64,000 nt of DNA from Octopus vulgaris (lineage: Eukaryota), in contig OX597819.1 of the NCBI GenBank assembly GCA_951406725.2, positions 103,540,001 through 103,604,000 on the forward strand. The letters run 5' to 3'. Each line of letters begins with the position of its first letter. Positions within the stretch are counted from its first letter, which is position 1. The notes beneath the pieces were generated by a model that made no database searches, was not told where the DNA came from, and was given only the letters and a program-made list of their open reading frames with translations. Positions 1-14,917 of the stretch are shown here, one piece after another. Made by a program: the position numbers and the translations under genes.

Positions 1-964
1 TCTGACCCCTTCCATATTTATTTGCATCTCAAGAATATGGGTGAGCATGTTGAAAGGCATTTAGAAAAGAAGGGAACCGAGAAATTGCTCGAAACGGCTT
101 TCCAAGCGTGACCATAACTCCCTTATTTTGTTATGTGATGTGCGTGCCTTTTTAATGATGCTATGGAATAATTTCCGAAGAGTTTTGACTGATGATTATT
201 GAGTAACACTAACATTCTGGACATTCTACAATAGAATACAATCATTCTCCAAGGTTACAAATATCTACTGCATGACAAATACCATTTAAATTGCAATGGT
301 ACACATAACAAACGGTAGACCTTTAACACAGCATGCATCAAAACCCAACTTATACTGAGACGAGATACAGCAGATTATACTACGATGGATGGTTTATGAC
401 ATACACAAAGTAACCAATCATGCATATATATTGTTTCTCTATGTTTTTTTTAATGATATTTGGCCTAACCGGTGTAGAACAGCCATCTCAATCCACACTC
501 GAATAAAGAGATATGAAATACACCGCGTACACATTAATACAATAGTAAACATGTAAGGTCAATAACTATAATACTTCACAGGACTCCAGCTGGAACACCC
601 GAGCATATACTCAAAATGAATATTGAGGAAGGCGTTACTCTACACAATAGATCCTGGTATATAAAAAAAAAGCACAACTCAAGAGTTAAATACAATAGAT
701 TTACAAATGCATCAATAAGCAAGCGAAAATCTAGACGTTATTCACAATTCAATACATCAATATATAACGAACATACAGTGTGTAATCCTTCGGATTTTCT
801 GCCTATCATATCACCATAAATTGTTCACACCTTCTTCGACGAAACCCGAAAGTTTTCAGAAGTGTTTTTTTAAAAACCCGATGGAAGCCATTTACCAAAA
901 TATAGAATTAAAACTTTTGAAATTAAAAAAACACGCCTATGACCATCCGAGAAAGATGCTATAT

Positions 965-1106
965 GGTAAAAGGCTCATTTTGAAGTTACCTGATTCGGGT
1001 GCAGTACCACTGTGCAGCACAATTCAGAAGTGCATTCTATTAAGGCCCCTGGCCGACCAATACCTTGTCAGCGAATTTAGTAAGCTAAAACTGTCCGGAA
1101 CCCCGT

Positions 1107-1142
<36 letters not shown>

Positions 1143-1143
1143 C

Positions 1144-1236
<93 letters not shown>

Positions 1237-1520
1237 TATGTATGTGTGTGTTTATGTATGCATGTATGTATGTATTGCCAGCTGAGCGAACTGCAGTAAC
1301 GTTGAATGAAGTGTTTTGCTCAAATACACAATGCATTTCCCGGTTCAGGAATCGAAACTGCAGTCATACGATCATGAGCCATGCACCTTCACTCTGTTTG
1401 TCTGTTTTTGCTACACACATTCAAACGTTTGACAATCGGTGTTGGTTTGTTTACCTCGCTGTAAGTTAGTGATTCAGCAAAAGATATTAAGCGAATAAAT
1501 ATAGGCTTTAAAGAAAAAGA
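965..1520 (+). mobile_element. Degenerate tRNA-derived SINE, family B (two-part, with internal TA/TG microsatellite)
   Basis: The 5' part (gcagtaccactgtgcagcac...ggccgaccaataccttgt...gaaccccgt) and the 3' part (tttgacaatcggtgttggtttgtttac...cagcaaaag) align by eye to the better copy at 32480-33225. Confidence 0.6.
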
Positions 1521-1552
1521 ATAAAAAAGACAAATAGCATAAGTATTGTCGT

Positions 1553-1668
1553 TGCTTGGTTGGTTGTTTGGTTGGTTGGTTGGTTGGTTGGCTGGCTGGC
1601 TGGCTGGTTGGTCGGTTGGTCGGTTGATTGGTTGGTTGGTTGATTGGTTGGTTGGTTGGTTGGTTGGT
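1553..1668. repeat. (GGTT/GGCT)n tetranucleotide microsatellite
   Basis: Directly visible tandem repeat. Confidence 0.95.
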
Positions 1669-1734
1669 CTGAATATTCCTTTGCTATTTACATTACGAAC
1701 TGAAGATAGTTACCACATCAAAAACTTTTTCAGG

Positions 1735-1865
1735 CTTTCACATCGTGGAGTCCAATATCACGAGATCGACTTTGCCTTTTTTATCCCTTCGGGATTGAGA
1801 AAATGAACTATTTGAGTACTTCGGTGGATGCAAGTAACATGCCCACACAAAATTTCAGGCTCTTT
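1735..1865 (+). mobile_element. SINE family A fragment
   Basis: gagatcgactttgccttttt matches the gaggtcgactttgcctttcatcc core of the other family A copies. Confidence 0.55.
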
Positions 1866-2408
1866 TCCTCTAGTAGAAAGTAGTGCTTTTTCAAGACTAT
1901 TGCATCCAAAACTATTTCCTTAATTTGAAAATTTTTACTGTATATATTCCAAAACATTTTGGAGATCTGCAATGTTACCAAAATACCTAAATCTACTCCT
2001 ACATCAAATAATATACCATTACACAATTCTTTATTTTCTTACTGATCTTAGCTCTTCTTTATGGCAGAAATTCCATGCAAATCTTCTTGATAAACCCACA
2101 TTCCGTTTGTAATTGTGCGTACAATTCGTAATGTCTAACACATAGCTTAAACTCATCTATGAACAAATGATCGATACTGTATAGGGTTAATAGCCTTTTC
2201 CAGTCTGGTAAGAGATCTAGCATTTCAGGAATTTAGCGATAAGCAGACAAAATACAGCAGGCAGCTATTTTATATTCTTTATTTATTTGGATATGTGTAT
2301 AATACTTTTTGTTTGTGCAGTTTGTCTGTACGTGTTCTGTGCATAAAAACATAAATATATACATACAAACAAACATACACACATAGTTATACACAAGCAC
2401 ACACAAAC

Positions 2409-2445
<37 letters not shown>

Positions 2446-2873
2446 GCAAGTATAAATACATATACATTAGTAAATACACACACACGTTTATATCTACATA
2501 TGTGTGTATAAATAAATACACGCGCACACACACAGACAAATACATATATATATATATATATATATATGTGTGTATATATATATATAAGAGAAATAAAAAA
2601 CTGGAAATTTTTTTTATATATTTATATGCATATATCTCTGAGTATGTGTATGTATGTTTGTATATACATATAGACATCGACCGCGAACCCACAAGAGTAA
2701 GCAAGAGACAGAAACAGACAGGAACAAGGAAAATGCCACTTTTATTTGAGCACTATGCAAATATTCTTTTAAAAAACTTTTCTTTATATTTTTCAAAATC
2801 TAATAGTTTTCCATATGGCTGAAACCGGTACTGAAATGTTTTTATAAAATTATCTTAGCATTTTCTATCTTTA

Positions 2874-2944
<71 letters not shown>

Positions 2945-3088
2945 TGCAAAGATAATCTGGAACTCGACTGAGGAAAGAAAACTCCGAATTACCCGTCCTT
3001 GTTTTCTTTGTATTATCTATCTGGATGTTTTATTGTCCCTTTCTTGTATCACCCAACTGCTGGATGTTTGCGTTCTTGTCCCATTTTG

Positions 3089-3091
<3 letters not shown>
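2945..3091 (+). mobile_element. Short insert in a (TA)n tract, possibly a Penelope-like or retrozyme terminal fragment
   Basis: About 147 bp of unique sequence with (TA)n on both sides; contains CTGAGGA at 2968-2974 followed by ...ctccGAAT. Confidence 0.35.
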
Positions 3092-3145
<54 letters not shown>

Positions 3146-3314
3146 CTCAGAGAGATATACATATATATTTTAAAATTTTCCAGTTTTTTACTGATTTATT
3201 CTTAGTTTTCCATATGGATAATTCCTTCTTTTAAAAAATGCATATACATTCACAAACAAAGTGTTCTGAAAGTTCGCATCCCTTTCTCACATGTACATTA
3301 GTTTCACACACACA

Positions 3315-3360
<46 letters not shown>

Positions 3361-3547
3361 AACAAACAAACAAACACATAAATAAGCAATCACACACATA
3401 TAAACACACACACGCATATATATATATATCGGTGTCTAAAGTTGTGCATAGTGGCCTGCTTTTTACTCACTCGATATTTGTGCACAAGTTCTGAGATTTT
3501 TATTTGAAATGAAACAGTCTATTAACTTCAAAGAAGTACAAAATGTT

Positions 3548-4163
3548 AATCCTCTTCAAAATAGAATCTTCTGATTCCAATGCGCTTGTGATAGAGCTCG
3601 TGAATGTCCCATAGAAGTCTTTCAACTGAAGGTATCCAAGACACTTGTCACAGCCTCTTTCGTATTCTCAATATTTTCAAAACCTTTGCCCCGGAGTTGT
3701 TCATACATCCTGGGGAACAACTGAAAGACCCAGATAGCAAGGTTTGCCCTGTATGGAGAGTGAGGAACAGTTTTATTGCTCTACTCTGTCAAGTAGTTGT
3801 TTACCAGGATGGAATAGTAGACTGATGTAGTGTTAGATTTTCAGATCTTCAAGAATAATTTTGTGGTCAGTTGCCACACCAAATTGAAGCTGTATGCTTA
3901 TTGCTTTCATAGATACATGACGGTCTTCATCCAGCTGTGATGTTGCGACGGTCTTTTACCAGCTGTGATTTTACGACGACTCCCTGCCTTCCACACTTCT
4001 CATCTAGTCTTTGCCGTCATTAAGCCTCATGTACCGGCGAAATACAAATGCTCAGCTTATACAAATTCATTGATAAACAGTCTGGAACACTTCATATGCA
4101 TCTGTAACATTTTTATCCAGTTTCGCACAAGGTTATATTGGCGAGCTTGTAGATTGTCTTCAT
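3548..4163 (-). pseudogene. Internally deleted mariner transposase remnant
   Basis: Minus-strand translation gives an N-terminal HTH-like part (CAKLDKNVTDAYEVFQTVY...VFRRYMRLNDGK) and a C-terminal part (TVPHSPYRANLAIWVFQLFPRMYEQLRGKGFENIENTKEAVTSVLDTF...FYFEED*), matching the mariner HPPYSPDLAPxDF motif. Stops and frameshifts are present. Confidence 0.75.
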
Positions 4164-5696
4164 CTCCCGACTACATTCTGCTAACTAGTCAACTGTGATA
4201 TGAAGTCTTTAGTAGGGTGCGTTCAATTCAGAATAAAAAATAGATGGCAGGTGCACTTACTAGATGAATAGCAATGATATACTAAAATTACAGTAATCTA
4301 GGGCAGTTTTAATTGTCTCTAGTAATAAAGACTCAAACATCCTGGAATGCATCTCATAATCTTCTACTGGACATGCGGGGCGGGGATAAGATGTTGACGA
4401 TTGCTAAACTACTCAGAAAAAAGCTTAAACCAGCTTCTTATAAATATCTATATCATTTCGATATTCCACTACAGCTTGTCCTTGTTGTTTTATTTTCATA
4501 GTGAATCTGACATTGGAGCATTCGCTCGTTTGTTTCTTGTACAAGAAATGAAGTGTTGTAATCTGAACATTTAACGGTCATATATTGTAGGGGGGGTGTC
4601 AATATGTTAAAGCTAAGAATATGTAAGTATATATTCAAGGACGCATCCGAAGAGATCTCTAGACGTAGGGTGAAGAGTAGGTGTGGTCAACTCAGTGAGA
4701 CTTGATTTACAACAGTTTCTCCATTTAACTGAATCATAATCCTATTTCGTTGATGAGTTCCTGGTGTTCTGAATGATACCAGGCTCCCATACCATTCTAC
4801 CATTTCGTTATATGTGGCCATTGGGACGAATATTCTATTACTTTGTTAAGTAATAGAATAAGCGTGAGCATAGAAGCGTATTGAGCAAAGCGCGGCCTGC
4901 AGGACTTTCTGAATGGCACACTTAACGAAAAATTACCTGGCATATTTTTAGCAGTGCGATATGCTTGAAGGTGAATCCTGTCTCAAGTAGCGCGCTTCTC
5001 GGAAGTGTTTGCCCATTCGTGGTAAAGAAAATGAGTCACAACCTCCAAGGAAATAATCTAGACGTCGATGAAACGTTCGACTATTTAGCTCTGGTATTAT
5101 GGATAATTTCAGTAATTTAAATACTGGCAGTAGAAACCAGCGTTTTGCCGGTTTAATAAAAAAAATCTACAGGTATAGATGTACGTACTACAGAGTACAG
5201 CCACAAATTACTGAATTATAAAATTATGTTGAATGTTTCTAGCTGACGTGAACAGAAGATCAGCAAGTCAGCATTCCTTGCCAAAAACAGCCAAGTGATA
5301 TCCCAACAGAAGGTAGCTCACTTAAAAGATATGGTATAATATATGAAATTGAATGGGATAAAATGTGTGGTTATGCACACCATTGAAATCTTTATCAATT
5401 ACTTGTAAATATCACTGGAAGTGTATGAGTAGATATGTGTGTATGTATTTGTGTGCGTGTGTATGTATAAGTGTGGGCCAGTGTGTGCGTGTGAGTGTGA
5501 ATGTATACACGAACGTGCGCGTAAGTGTAAAATTTGCATTCAATTTTGTACTTTCACTTCTGCAGTTCGTTCTTGTTCTTTACATTTCGTAATTATGTAG
5601 ATGCACACAATCCCATAAAAATGCTTATCAACGTTAATTTCCCCAAAGTAATTTATATTTATGCTAACCTCATAGAGATGTACTACAACTCCTAAT

Positions 5697-5782
5697 ATCG
5701 TATCATCATCGTAGTCGTCATCATCACCATTATCATCATCCACAAAAGCAACCACCTCAACAACAACAACAACAACAACAAC

Positions 5783-5828
<46 letters not shown>

Positions 5829-6070
5829 TTTTCTTTATTAGTCAAAATGTGTTGGGAAGATGATTGAAGACGATACAATGTGGGATTGATGATGATGATG
5901 ACAATGATGATGATGATGATGATGACGATGATGATGATGATGACAATGATGATGATGATGATGATGACGATGATGGTGATGATGACGATGATGATGATGA
6001 TGATGATGATGTTGATGATAACAACAACAACAACAATAATAATAATAATAATAATAATAAAAACAACGAT
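5697..6070. repeat. Compound (CAT)/(AAC)/(AAT)/(GAT)n trinucleotide block
   Basis: Directly visible; it explains the poly-H/D/S/M ORFs in the track. Confidence 0.95.
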
Positions 6071-7104
6071 CCAATCTTTATTATTTGTAGTATTAATTTA
6101 GCCTTGTTTATTGGCTTGTAGTTAATTCGTTGTTGTATATGTTTTTTTCTTATATGAGTCTCTCTACTTTTGTCTTTTCTAGTTCGTATTTTACATCTTG
6201 CTAGCTTGGTCTTGACGTTGCTCTACTTGTTCTTGTTGTTTTGTTTTTTTTTTGGTTTCGCTGTTGTTGTTTGTTGTTGTTCGATGTCGTATCGTTATTG
6301 TTGTGTTGCTTGTTGTGTTGTATGAGTTCTGTGTATTCCATTGTTCTTAGTTGTCCGTTTTATGTCTCCGGTCACAGTACTGACTGCTTTAGCAGCTCCA
6401 ATCTCTTCTTTATTGCTTCTCCTTGCCTGTTCACTTCCAAGCCTCGCAATCATATCTTTAACTCCAACATTACATATACAACCACATTTACCATTTTATT
6501 ACCTTTTCACTACCTATAGTTTTTTGTGTATGTTTTGGTCTCCTTTCGTTTAGCATATATATATACATACATATATATATATATATATAAAACATATATA
6601 TAAACATGCATATAAATAGATATATACATGTATATGCATATATATATATATATCTATGCACATATACTTATATACCGTATATACATACACATAGATATGT
6701 TTGTATACATATACATTATATAAATACAAATATATATATATATATATATATCTGTATGTTTTTTCGGTTCTCTCCCTCCAACGCCATTCAAACCTCAAAC
6801 CAACCCTACAATCACAGTATATGTTTATTGATGTTAATTTTTTTTTATTTCCTTTTTAATGTTTACCAGTATATATGATTTGATATTTACCTATTTTTGC
6901 CCTTTTATGTTTTTTCTAAATATTTATTGATTTTTATATCTTTTTCTCAGCATTCTACCATTTTTATGTTTCTATATGAGTATATATTTATATCTACGTA
7001 TCTATATATGTGTGAGTGTGTTTGTGCGTATGCATGTATATATATATATATGTATGTATATGAGTATATAACTGATATACGCATATGATTTAAATATATA
7101 TATC

Positions 7105-7167
<63 letters not shown>

Positions 7168-7199
7168 TACATATATATAAATACATACATAGATATACT

Positions 7200-7230
<31 letters not shown>

Positions 7231-7653
7231 TATGGAGAAAGAGAGAGATAGAGTGTGAGAGAGAAAGAAAGAAAGAGAGACGTGTGTGTTTGTTGATGTG
7301 TATATATGAATGTATATTATTGCTTTGTTCTTTCAGCTTCATCGCTACACCACTGTTTTCACCTCTGATAACATTTAACATGACAAGTAATATATCAACA
7401 TAAACAACATTAACATAAAGAGCAAGCATAGCAACAACAACAACAACAGCAACTACTACTACTACTATTACTACTACTACTACTACTACTCGTGCTACAA
7501 ACAATTCAACAATAAACACAACAAAGATTGCAACAACAAGTATAACAATGATATCAATATTGAATACAAAACATAAGGTAGAATTGACATCAATACATTG
7601 ATGGAAATCATAGGCGGAAAAATCGGAGTGTGTATGTGTGTATAGATTGTTTT

Positions 7654-7710
<57 letters not shown>

Positions 7711-7748
7711 GTATATATGTATGCTGTATCTGCTGTATGGATATTTGT

Positions 7749-7788
<40 letters not shown>

Positions 7789-8215
7789 TTTCTGAGTTTC
7801 TGTGTTTGTGGTTCCATCTACTGGGCAACGCCAATAAGAAATATAGTGGTTTATGTATGTTTATGAAATTAAAGCTCTTTGTTCAGATTTGGTTTGTGCT
7901 TCCAGATTATTCAGATCAGCTCAGCGTACAATGTTGAACGTAGTAATAACCCCCCAACGAACAGACAGACAGACAGACACAAACATGCACGCATACACGC
8001 ATACACGCATACAAACAGGCAAAACACTACAAGCACACCGACACACACATGTACAAACACACATAAATATATGTAATGTGTAAATATAAAACATATATAA
8101 ATATCTATATGTAAATACATTCATATTAACCTAGATAGATGTTTGGGTATATACATACATGTACACATACATATATATATATAAATATATATATATATAT
8201 GTATATATATATATG

Positions 8216-8267
<52 letters not shown>

Positions 8268-8816
8268 GTATATATATATATATATATATGTGCATGTACG
8301 TATTATATATGCATGTATGTATTACCATTTATTACTTTATATACAAGTGTATAACTATGTACATTTATATTTATATGATGTTATACACTGTTAATGTGTT
8401 TGTGTATAAATTTTTGTATGTATATATATATATATATATATATGTGTGTATGTACACAATTATACATACATATATACTTTTATACGTACACATACACATA
8501 CATACGTAAGTACATGTATACGTGCGCATATGCATATATACATAAATACACGCACACATATACACACACACACACAGATGTATAAATGAGTTTGTACACC
8601 TATTATTTCGTGTTTATGTTTATGCAAACTTTTGTTAGCAACAACTGAGCAGAAACTTTTCAGTTGTATATCGATAATATAACTACATTTTTCGATAATC
8701 AAAACAGAACGAACAAATAATATATCGTTTCCACACATCTTCCACCTACTCCCTTTTTTTATTTCCTCACTCCTTTACTATCTCTCCCTCTCTACTCTGT
8801 CTCTCTTCCACTCTTT

Positions 8817-8849
<33 letters not shown>

Positions 8850-9032
8850 CCTACCTATCTATCTATGTCGCTCTCTGTCTCATTTGTTCTTTTCCTTACT
8901 TCCTTAATTTTTCCCTATCAAATCATTCCGAATCATACTTTCTCTTTATTTTTCCCTTATTTTGCATTCGTCATTACACATCCAGACACATATACACGGA
9001 CAAACTCACACTCTCTAACACAGACACGCACG

Positions 9033-9112
<80 letters not shown>

Positions 9113-9240
9113 TTCACAAACATGTATACATAGACATATATAAATATATATAGACATATATATAAAAATAAATATATATATATACAGACATTTATGTATA
9201 TACATATATATGTGCACATGTATATATATATATACAGACG

Positions 9241-9272
<32 letters not shown>

Positions 9273-9313
9273 TCACACACATATATATATACTCACACAC
9301 ATATATATTTATG

Positions 9314-9345
<32 letters not shown>

Positions 9346-9475
9346 TGTATCACATATTAGAACAAGAATGCATAAAGTATATCAATAAACTCTATATTGA
9401 AATGTGCATGTATATATGCATATATATCTATGTGTGCGTGTGCGCGTATGTCTGAGTGTGTGCATTTACAGTATG

Positions 9476-9516
<41 letters not shown>

Positions 9517-9541
9517 TACAATGACACACGCACTCAAACAC

Positions 9542-9575
<34 letters not shown>

Positions 9576-10480
9576 GTTATAGGCGTAAACGTAGAAATAC
9601 GAAATCTAAAGTAGAACATATTATTCGCAATGTCATGTTATTTATTTGCTCTGTGTTTGAATTTGTCCGCCTGGCCGGTGTTTCCATGGCGGAGATTAGC
9701 AATCGCATAGTTAAAACGATACTGGGCCTTTTGGCACGCCTTTTAATATCTGTTGTCCAAGTGGTTAACCAATATTCACCTATCCTTGTAAGCCATGATA
9801 AAATCACTCGGCATTATCTGCCATTGAACAATAAGCATTAAGTCACACACACACACACACACATACACGCACACACACATACACACACACACACAATAAA
9901 AAGGGGATAGAAAAAAAAACAACACCCTGGAATAAAATGCTGGAGATATGCATACATGTTTATGCGCAGGAGAAATATAGAGGTAATGAGAAATAGGTGA
10001 GAGTGAGCGAGACTGAACGAGAATGTGCGAGATATTGAACGAGAGAATGCGTAAAAAAAAGGTATAAAAAAGCATTAGGTGATCTCTTACAATAGCTAAG
10101 CTAAATGAGACAAAAGAATAAATGAAGAAAGAGAGAAAACTATGTATACAAATAGTAATACATAAAAAATAAAATTACATACAGATATGTATATATATAT
10201 AAATGTATGCATATACGTATATATATATATGTGTGTGAGTGTGTGTGTGTGTGTTTGTGTGTATACATATTTACATATGCATATGCATACACACACACAT
10301 ACACACACACATATATATATATACACTTATACATAGATGTGTATATGTATATATGTATATGCTATATGGACATGGACATATATATTCACATATATTTATA
10401 TCATATATGTTTATATACACACACACATATATATACATATATATATATAGATATATTCGCATATCCTTATATCATACGTG

Positions 10481-10512
<32 letters not shown>

Positions 10513-11248
10513 CATATATACATATATACATATATACACATATACACACACACATACACATGTACATATATATATACGTATATGTATATACAGCTTCGTA
10601 TTTATCTACACAGGAACACGTACACACGCACTGTGGAGTAAATTAAAGCAAATGAACGAATTAAAGAATACGGCATACACACTCACAAGCGCGTATGCAC
10701 ACACACGCACACACATACATACACAAGTTCACACAAATACACAAACCCACATGCACTTACACTCAATGTTGTGCATATTAATGCTGCATAGAAATGTCTG
10801 TAACTGATATTTTTTTTTATATCTTTATGGCTATCTACACCCCATCTTATCTAGTATGTCCTCTAAATTCATTAGGATTATTAATATTATCATTACTAGC
10901 ACTATAATTGCTATATATTTTTCATGACCATTATTAATGTCATTTAACCTTCACTATATTAAGTCTCTTTTACATTAATTCTGCTATACACCAATATCTG
11001 AATTCTATGGAATATAATATTCCCTGTTTTTTTTTGTTTTTTTCTTATATATGATTTGCATTCACGATAGATTTATTTCTCTGTCTCTTTTCCACTCATC
11101 TTCTGTAAATATATATAAATCTGTGCGGACTACAGACGTATATTTCTGTGCATATGTGTGTGTGTGTGCGTGTGTGTGTATGTTTGCGTGTGTATGAATA
11201 TGTGTGTGAGTATACATATATATATACATATCTGTATGATTGTATATA

Positions 11249-11295
<47 letters not shown>

Positions 11296-12441
11296 TTATG
11301 TATATATGCATGTATGCATATATGTATGTATGTATGCATGCATGTATGTATGTTCTTAAATTACGTTTATCATTCCTATTCTACCTCGTGAGAAATGGTA
11401 GTTTTTGCTTGTTATGAATGTTGCTTATAAATATGGGCAAGGATTTTTTATTAGTATAGGCATTTCTTTACAGATTATTGACATATAATCATATATGTGC
11501 GCACACACAATCATATACATAAATATTTGTATACATGTACATATATAAATATGTGTGTTCAATATAGTAACTTATAATTTTTATATATCGATTTATGTGT
11601 ATAGTATATTATAATGATAATGATAGTATTATATTGATATTATTAATCTACTATATTATATTACGCGCGCACGATTTCACACACACACACACTCACACAT
11701 ATAGGGAGAGAGAAGAAGGAGAGTTAAAAGAAGAATAAGAAAGATAGAGAACTAGTGTGTAGATGGGAATGTGAGAGAGAAAGAGAGAGAAAGAGAGAGA
11801 GAAAGGAAGAGGGAGAGAGATTGAGACACAGTCGGATAGGTAAATGTAAAACGTGATACGTTGCATCGACAGAAAAAAAAATTCAAGAATATAAGTCAAG
11901 ATATCACTTCTATAAGTGAACAAAACATAAATGTTAGCCTCCCTTCCAACGATAATTACGAAAATATGTAAATGAATATGGAAATAAATAGTTGAAGAAG
12001 CAAAAGAGTAATAGAACAATGGAATCTGGAGAAACTCTCTTTGGTTACTAGCCAATCGCGCCATCCAAAGTCTGGGTCTAGCCAAACAACCGTGGTTGAG
12101 TTTTTTGTAATGCCACAGAGGAGCGCAAGTTGTATTGGTTAGTCAAGGAAGATTTATCATAACGGTCACTTGATTCGGGGAAAGAAATGCGGGGGTGACG
12201 AAAATAACGCGAGACCGAGCTATAAGGCAATAACGCATGCTATTCTACCATCCAACATACCTGTCAACCAATCAACCATTGCAAACATACAAACATGTCG
12301 TCGATACAAACACTGACTGACAAAAGAAATTATATTTCTGAAAATATGTTCACGCACGCATGCCTGTATTGAGTTCTCTTTCTTTCCTTTTTGAAAGTGT
12401 ATATATATATATATACATATATATATTTGTGTGTATGTGTG

Positions 12442-12532
<91 letters not shown>

Positions 12533-12777
12533 GCATAAAAAATAGGCATCAGAAAACTTAATTGTATCATGAAAACATACATGCATACACACACACAGAC
12601 CCACATCCACATACACATACACACACATGCATACTCCCCACACATATATATGTATATGTATATATGTGTGTGTGTATATATACCTGTATACATAGATGTA
12701 TATACATACAATATATATATATATATGTGTGTGTGTGTATATATTTATTTACATATGTATGTGTATATATATGTATG

Positions 12778-12824
<47 letters not shown>

Positions 12825-13460
12825 ATATATATCCATATATATACACACACACACCCACAAACACAAGCACAGCCACACATACACACATCTACTGAATATA
12901 CTACCTGTACGCAAGCTCCTGCTTTTCTGAATGGCAGCTGTGATGAAATATAAACTTTTAGCAATTAAAATATCAAAAGTTAAGTATATGTTATACACAA
13001 AACAATTTTTTTCGCTATATGTACATTTGTTATGAGTTCTAGAAACTTGAACTAGTATCCGGAAAAGATATATTTAATATATTCAATAAATTTATATATT
13101 ACCTTAAATCATGCGACATGATGTAATTTCTGCTGACCTTTCAGTTCAGCTGTTATTGCTCTAAACATTACTAAGCTAATTTTGCACGAAGCAGTAATTT
13201 TATTATATATATACACACACTAGCGCGTGCAGTATATGTCTGTCTGTATGTATGTATATATATATTATCATAAATATTTATATAAATGCATATGTATACA
13301 TACATACCTACAGGCATGTGTGTGTGTTTGTGTTTCAGTGCGTATGTGAATGGTGTCTAATAAGGGAAAGGGTGCGTATGCGGGGACAAAAAAATCAGTG
13401 ATAAAAAGGAAGATGGAGGGGATACATGTATAGCCCTATTATTTCTCCCCTTTCTCTCTC

Positions 13461-13495
<35 letters not shown>

Positions 13496-14324
13496 ATGTA
13501 TCTCTCACACATACATACACGCGCATAATCACATACTCGTATACAGAGAGAGCGCGAGAGAGAGAGAGATATTGAAATAGGACAGGCAGACAAATAGATA
13601 GACAGAGATAGAGACAGAGATTGAGAGGGAGATTCACATAAACTAATATATATGAGAGCATTTTTTAGACATTTCTATATGTTCGCGCCCTCCCTTCCTC
13701 CCTTTATATTTGTGTGTATTTGGGTCTCTTGTGCTCTTATGTGTGTGTGAGTGCGTGTTTGTGTGCATATCTATCCGTCTGTCTGTCTGAATGTTTCTGT
13801 TTATTTCCGTTTCAGTTACTCTGTGTGTGCAGTTATTTGTTACTTTATTGCATTCCTTCAACATTACCAAGTTCAGTACTGCGAAACATCGTGGTTTTGT
13901 TCATGTTGTTACATTTAATAACCAATATATCTATTATTAAATGTCATCATTTGTCTATTTTTCTCCTTTATCTTTCTATGTATATTTGTACACACAAAGA
14001 TAGCGGGGTGGGGGAGATATATATCTACTTTCTCTACATCTATTTATGTGTATTTATTTGTACATAACAGTCTGCCTCCTATCACACGACTGAAGCCCTA
14101 TTTACCTACGTAGAAACAACAACGTGTATAGAAACATAGATTTATACATGCTACACAACTTTTATGCCTACATACATATACACATTTATGCCCATCTAAG
14201 CTCGACATGGCGTGGCTTGTTTGTTTTCCACTTATAATATCGCAATGTGCTCGCGCAGAATTTTGTGGAGTTCAGTATATAACAATCATTTCTAATTTGG
14301 AAAAGCTCAACATTTCTACGTTTT

Positions 14325-14492
14325 GTCGATATCACAGAACCCAGTACTTCATTGATTCTTTATTTTAACGACCCTGAAAGAATGAAAAACTAAGGTGACC
14401 CAGACAGGATTTGAACTAATCACATAAAGCGTCGGAAGAAATAACACAAGGAATTTAAACCGACCTTCTATTGGTTCCACCAGCTTTCCGCC
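14325..14492 (-). mobile_element. Degenerate SINE family A
   Basis: Reverse complement reads ggcggaaagctggtggaacc...gttcaaatcctgtctgggtcacc...ttcattctttcagggtcgttaaaataaag. Confidence 0.65.
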
Positions 14493-14526
14493 AGCATAAT
14501 TTTGCGTTAATATTCAGGAATTTGAA

Positions 14527-14866
14527 GGCGGTGAGCTGGCAGAATCGTTAGCACGCCGGGCGAAATGCTTTACGGTATCTCGTCCGCCGCTTGCGTTCTG
14601 AGTTCAAATTCCGCCGAGGTCGACTTTGCCATTCATCCTTTCAGGATCGATAAATTAAGTACCAGTTACGCACTGGGGTCGATGTAATCGACTTAATCCG
14701 TTTGTTTGTCTTGGTTTGTCCCCTCTGTGTTTAGCCCCTTGTAGGTAGTAAAGAAATAGGCATTTCGTCCGTCTTTACGTTCTGAGTTCAAATTCCGCCG
14801 AGGTTGACTTTGCCTTTCATCCTTTCGGGGTCGATAAATAAAGTATCAGTTGCGTACTGGGGTCGA
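14527..14866 (+). mobile_element. tRNA-derived SINE family A, partially dimeric
   Basis: A-box-like tggcagaatcg and B-box gagttcaaatt; the core ttacgttctgagttcaaattccgccgagg...ggggtcga occurs twice; closely similar to 40878-41223. Resembles the octopus tRNA-SINEs (OK/OR-type); exact family not assigned. Confidence 0.9.
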
Positions 14867-14917
14867 CTACAGATGATGTTTTGCAGTTAAACACAGATGA
14901 AGATGAAATCTGTAAAT

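Noticed and set aside
4400-5340. Unique-looking sequence containing GAAACGTT (possible Penelope end or hammerhead)
   Set aside because: No CUGAnGA core or stems at suitable spacing, and no coding motif recognised.
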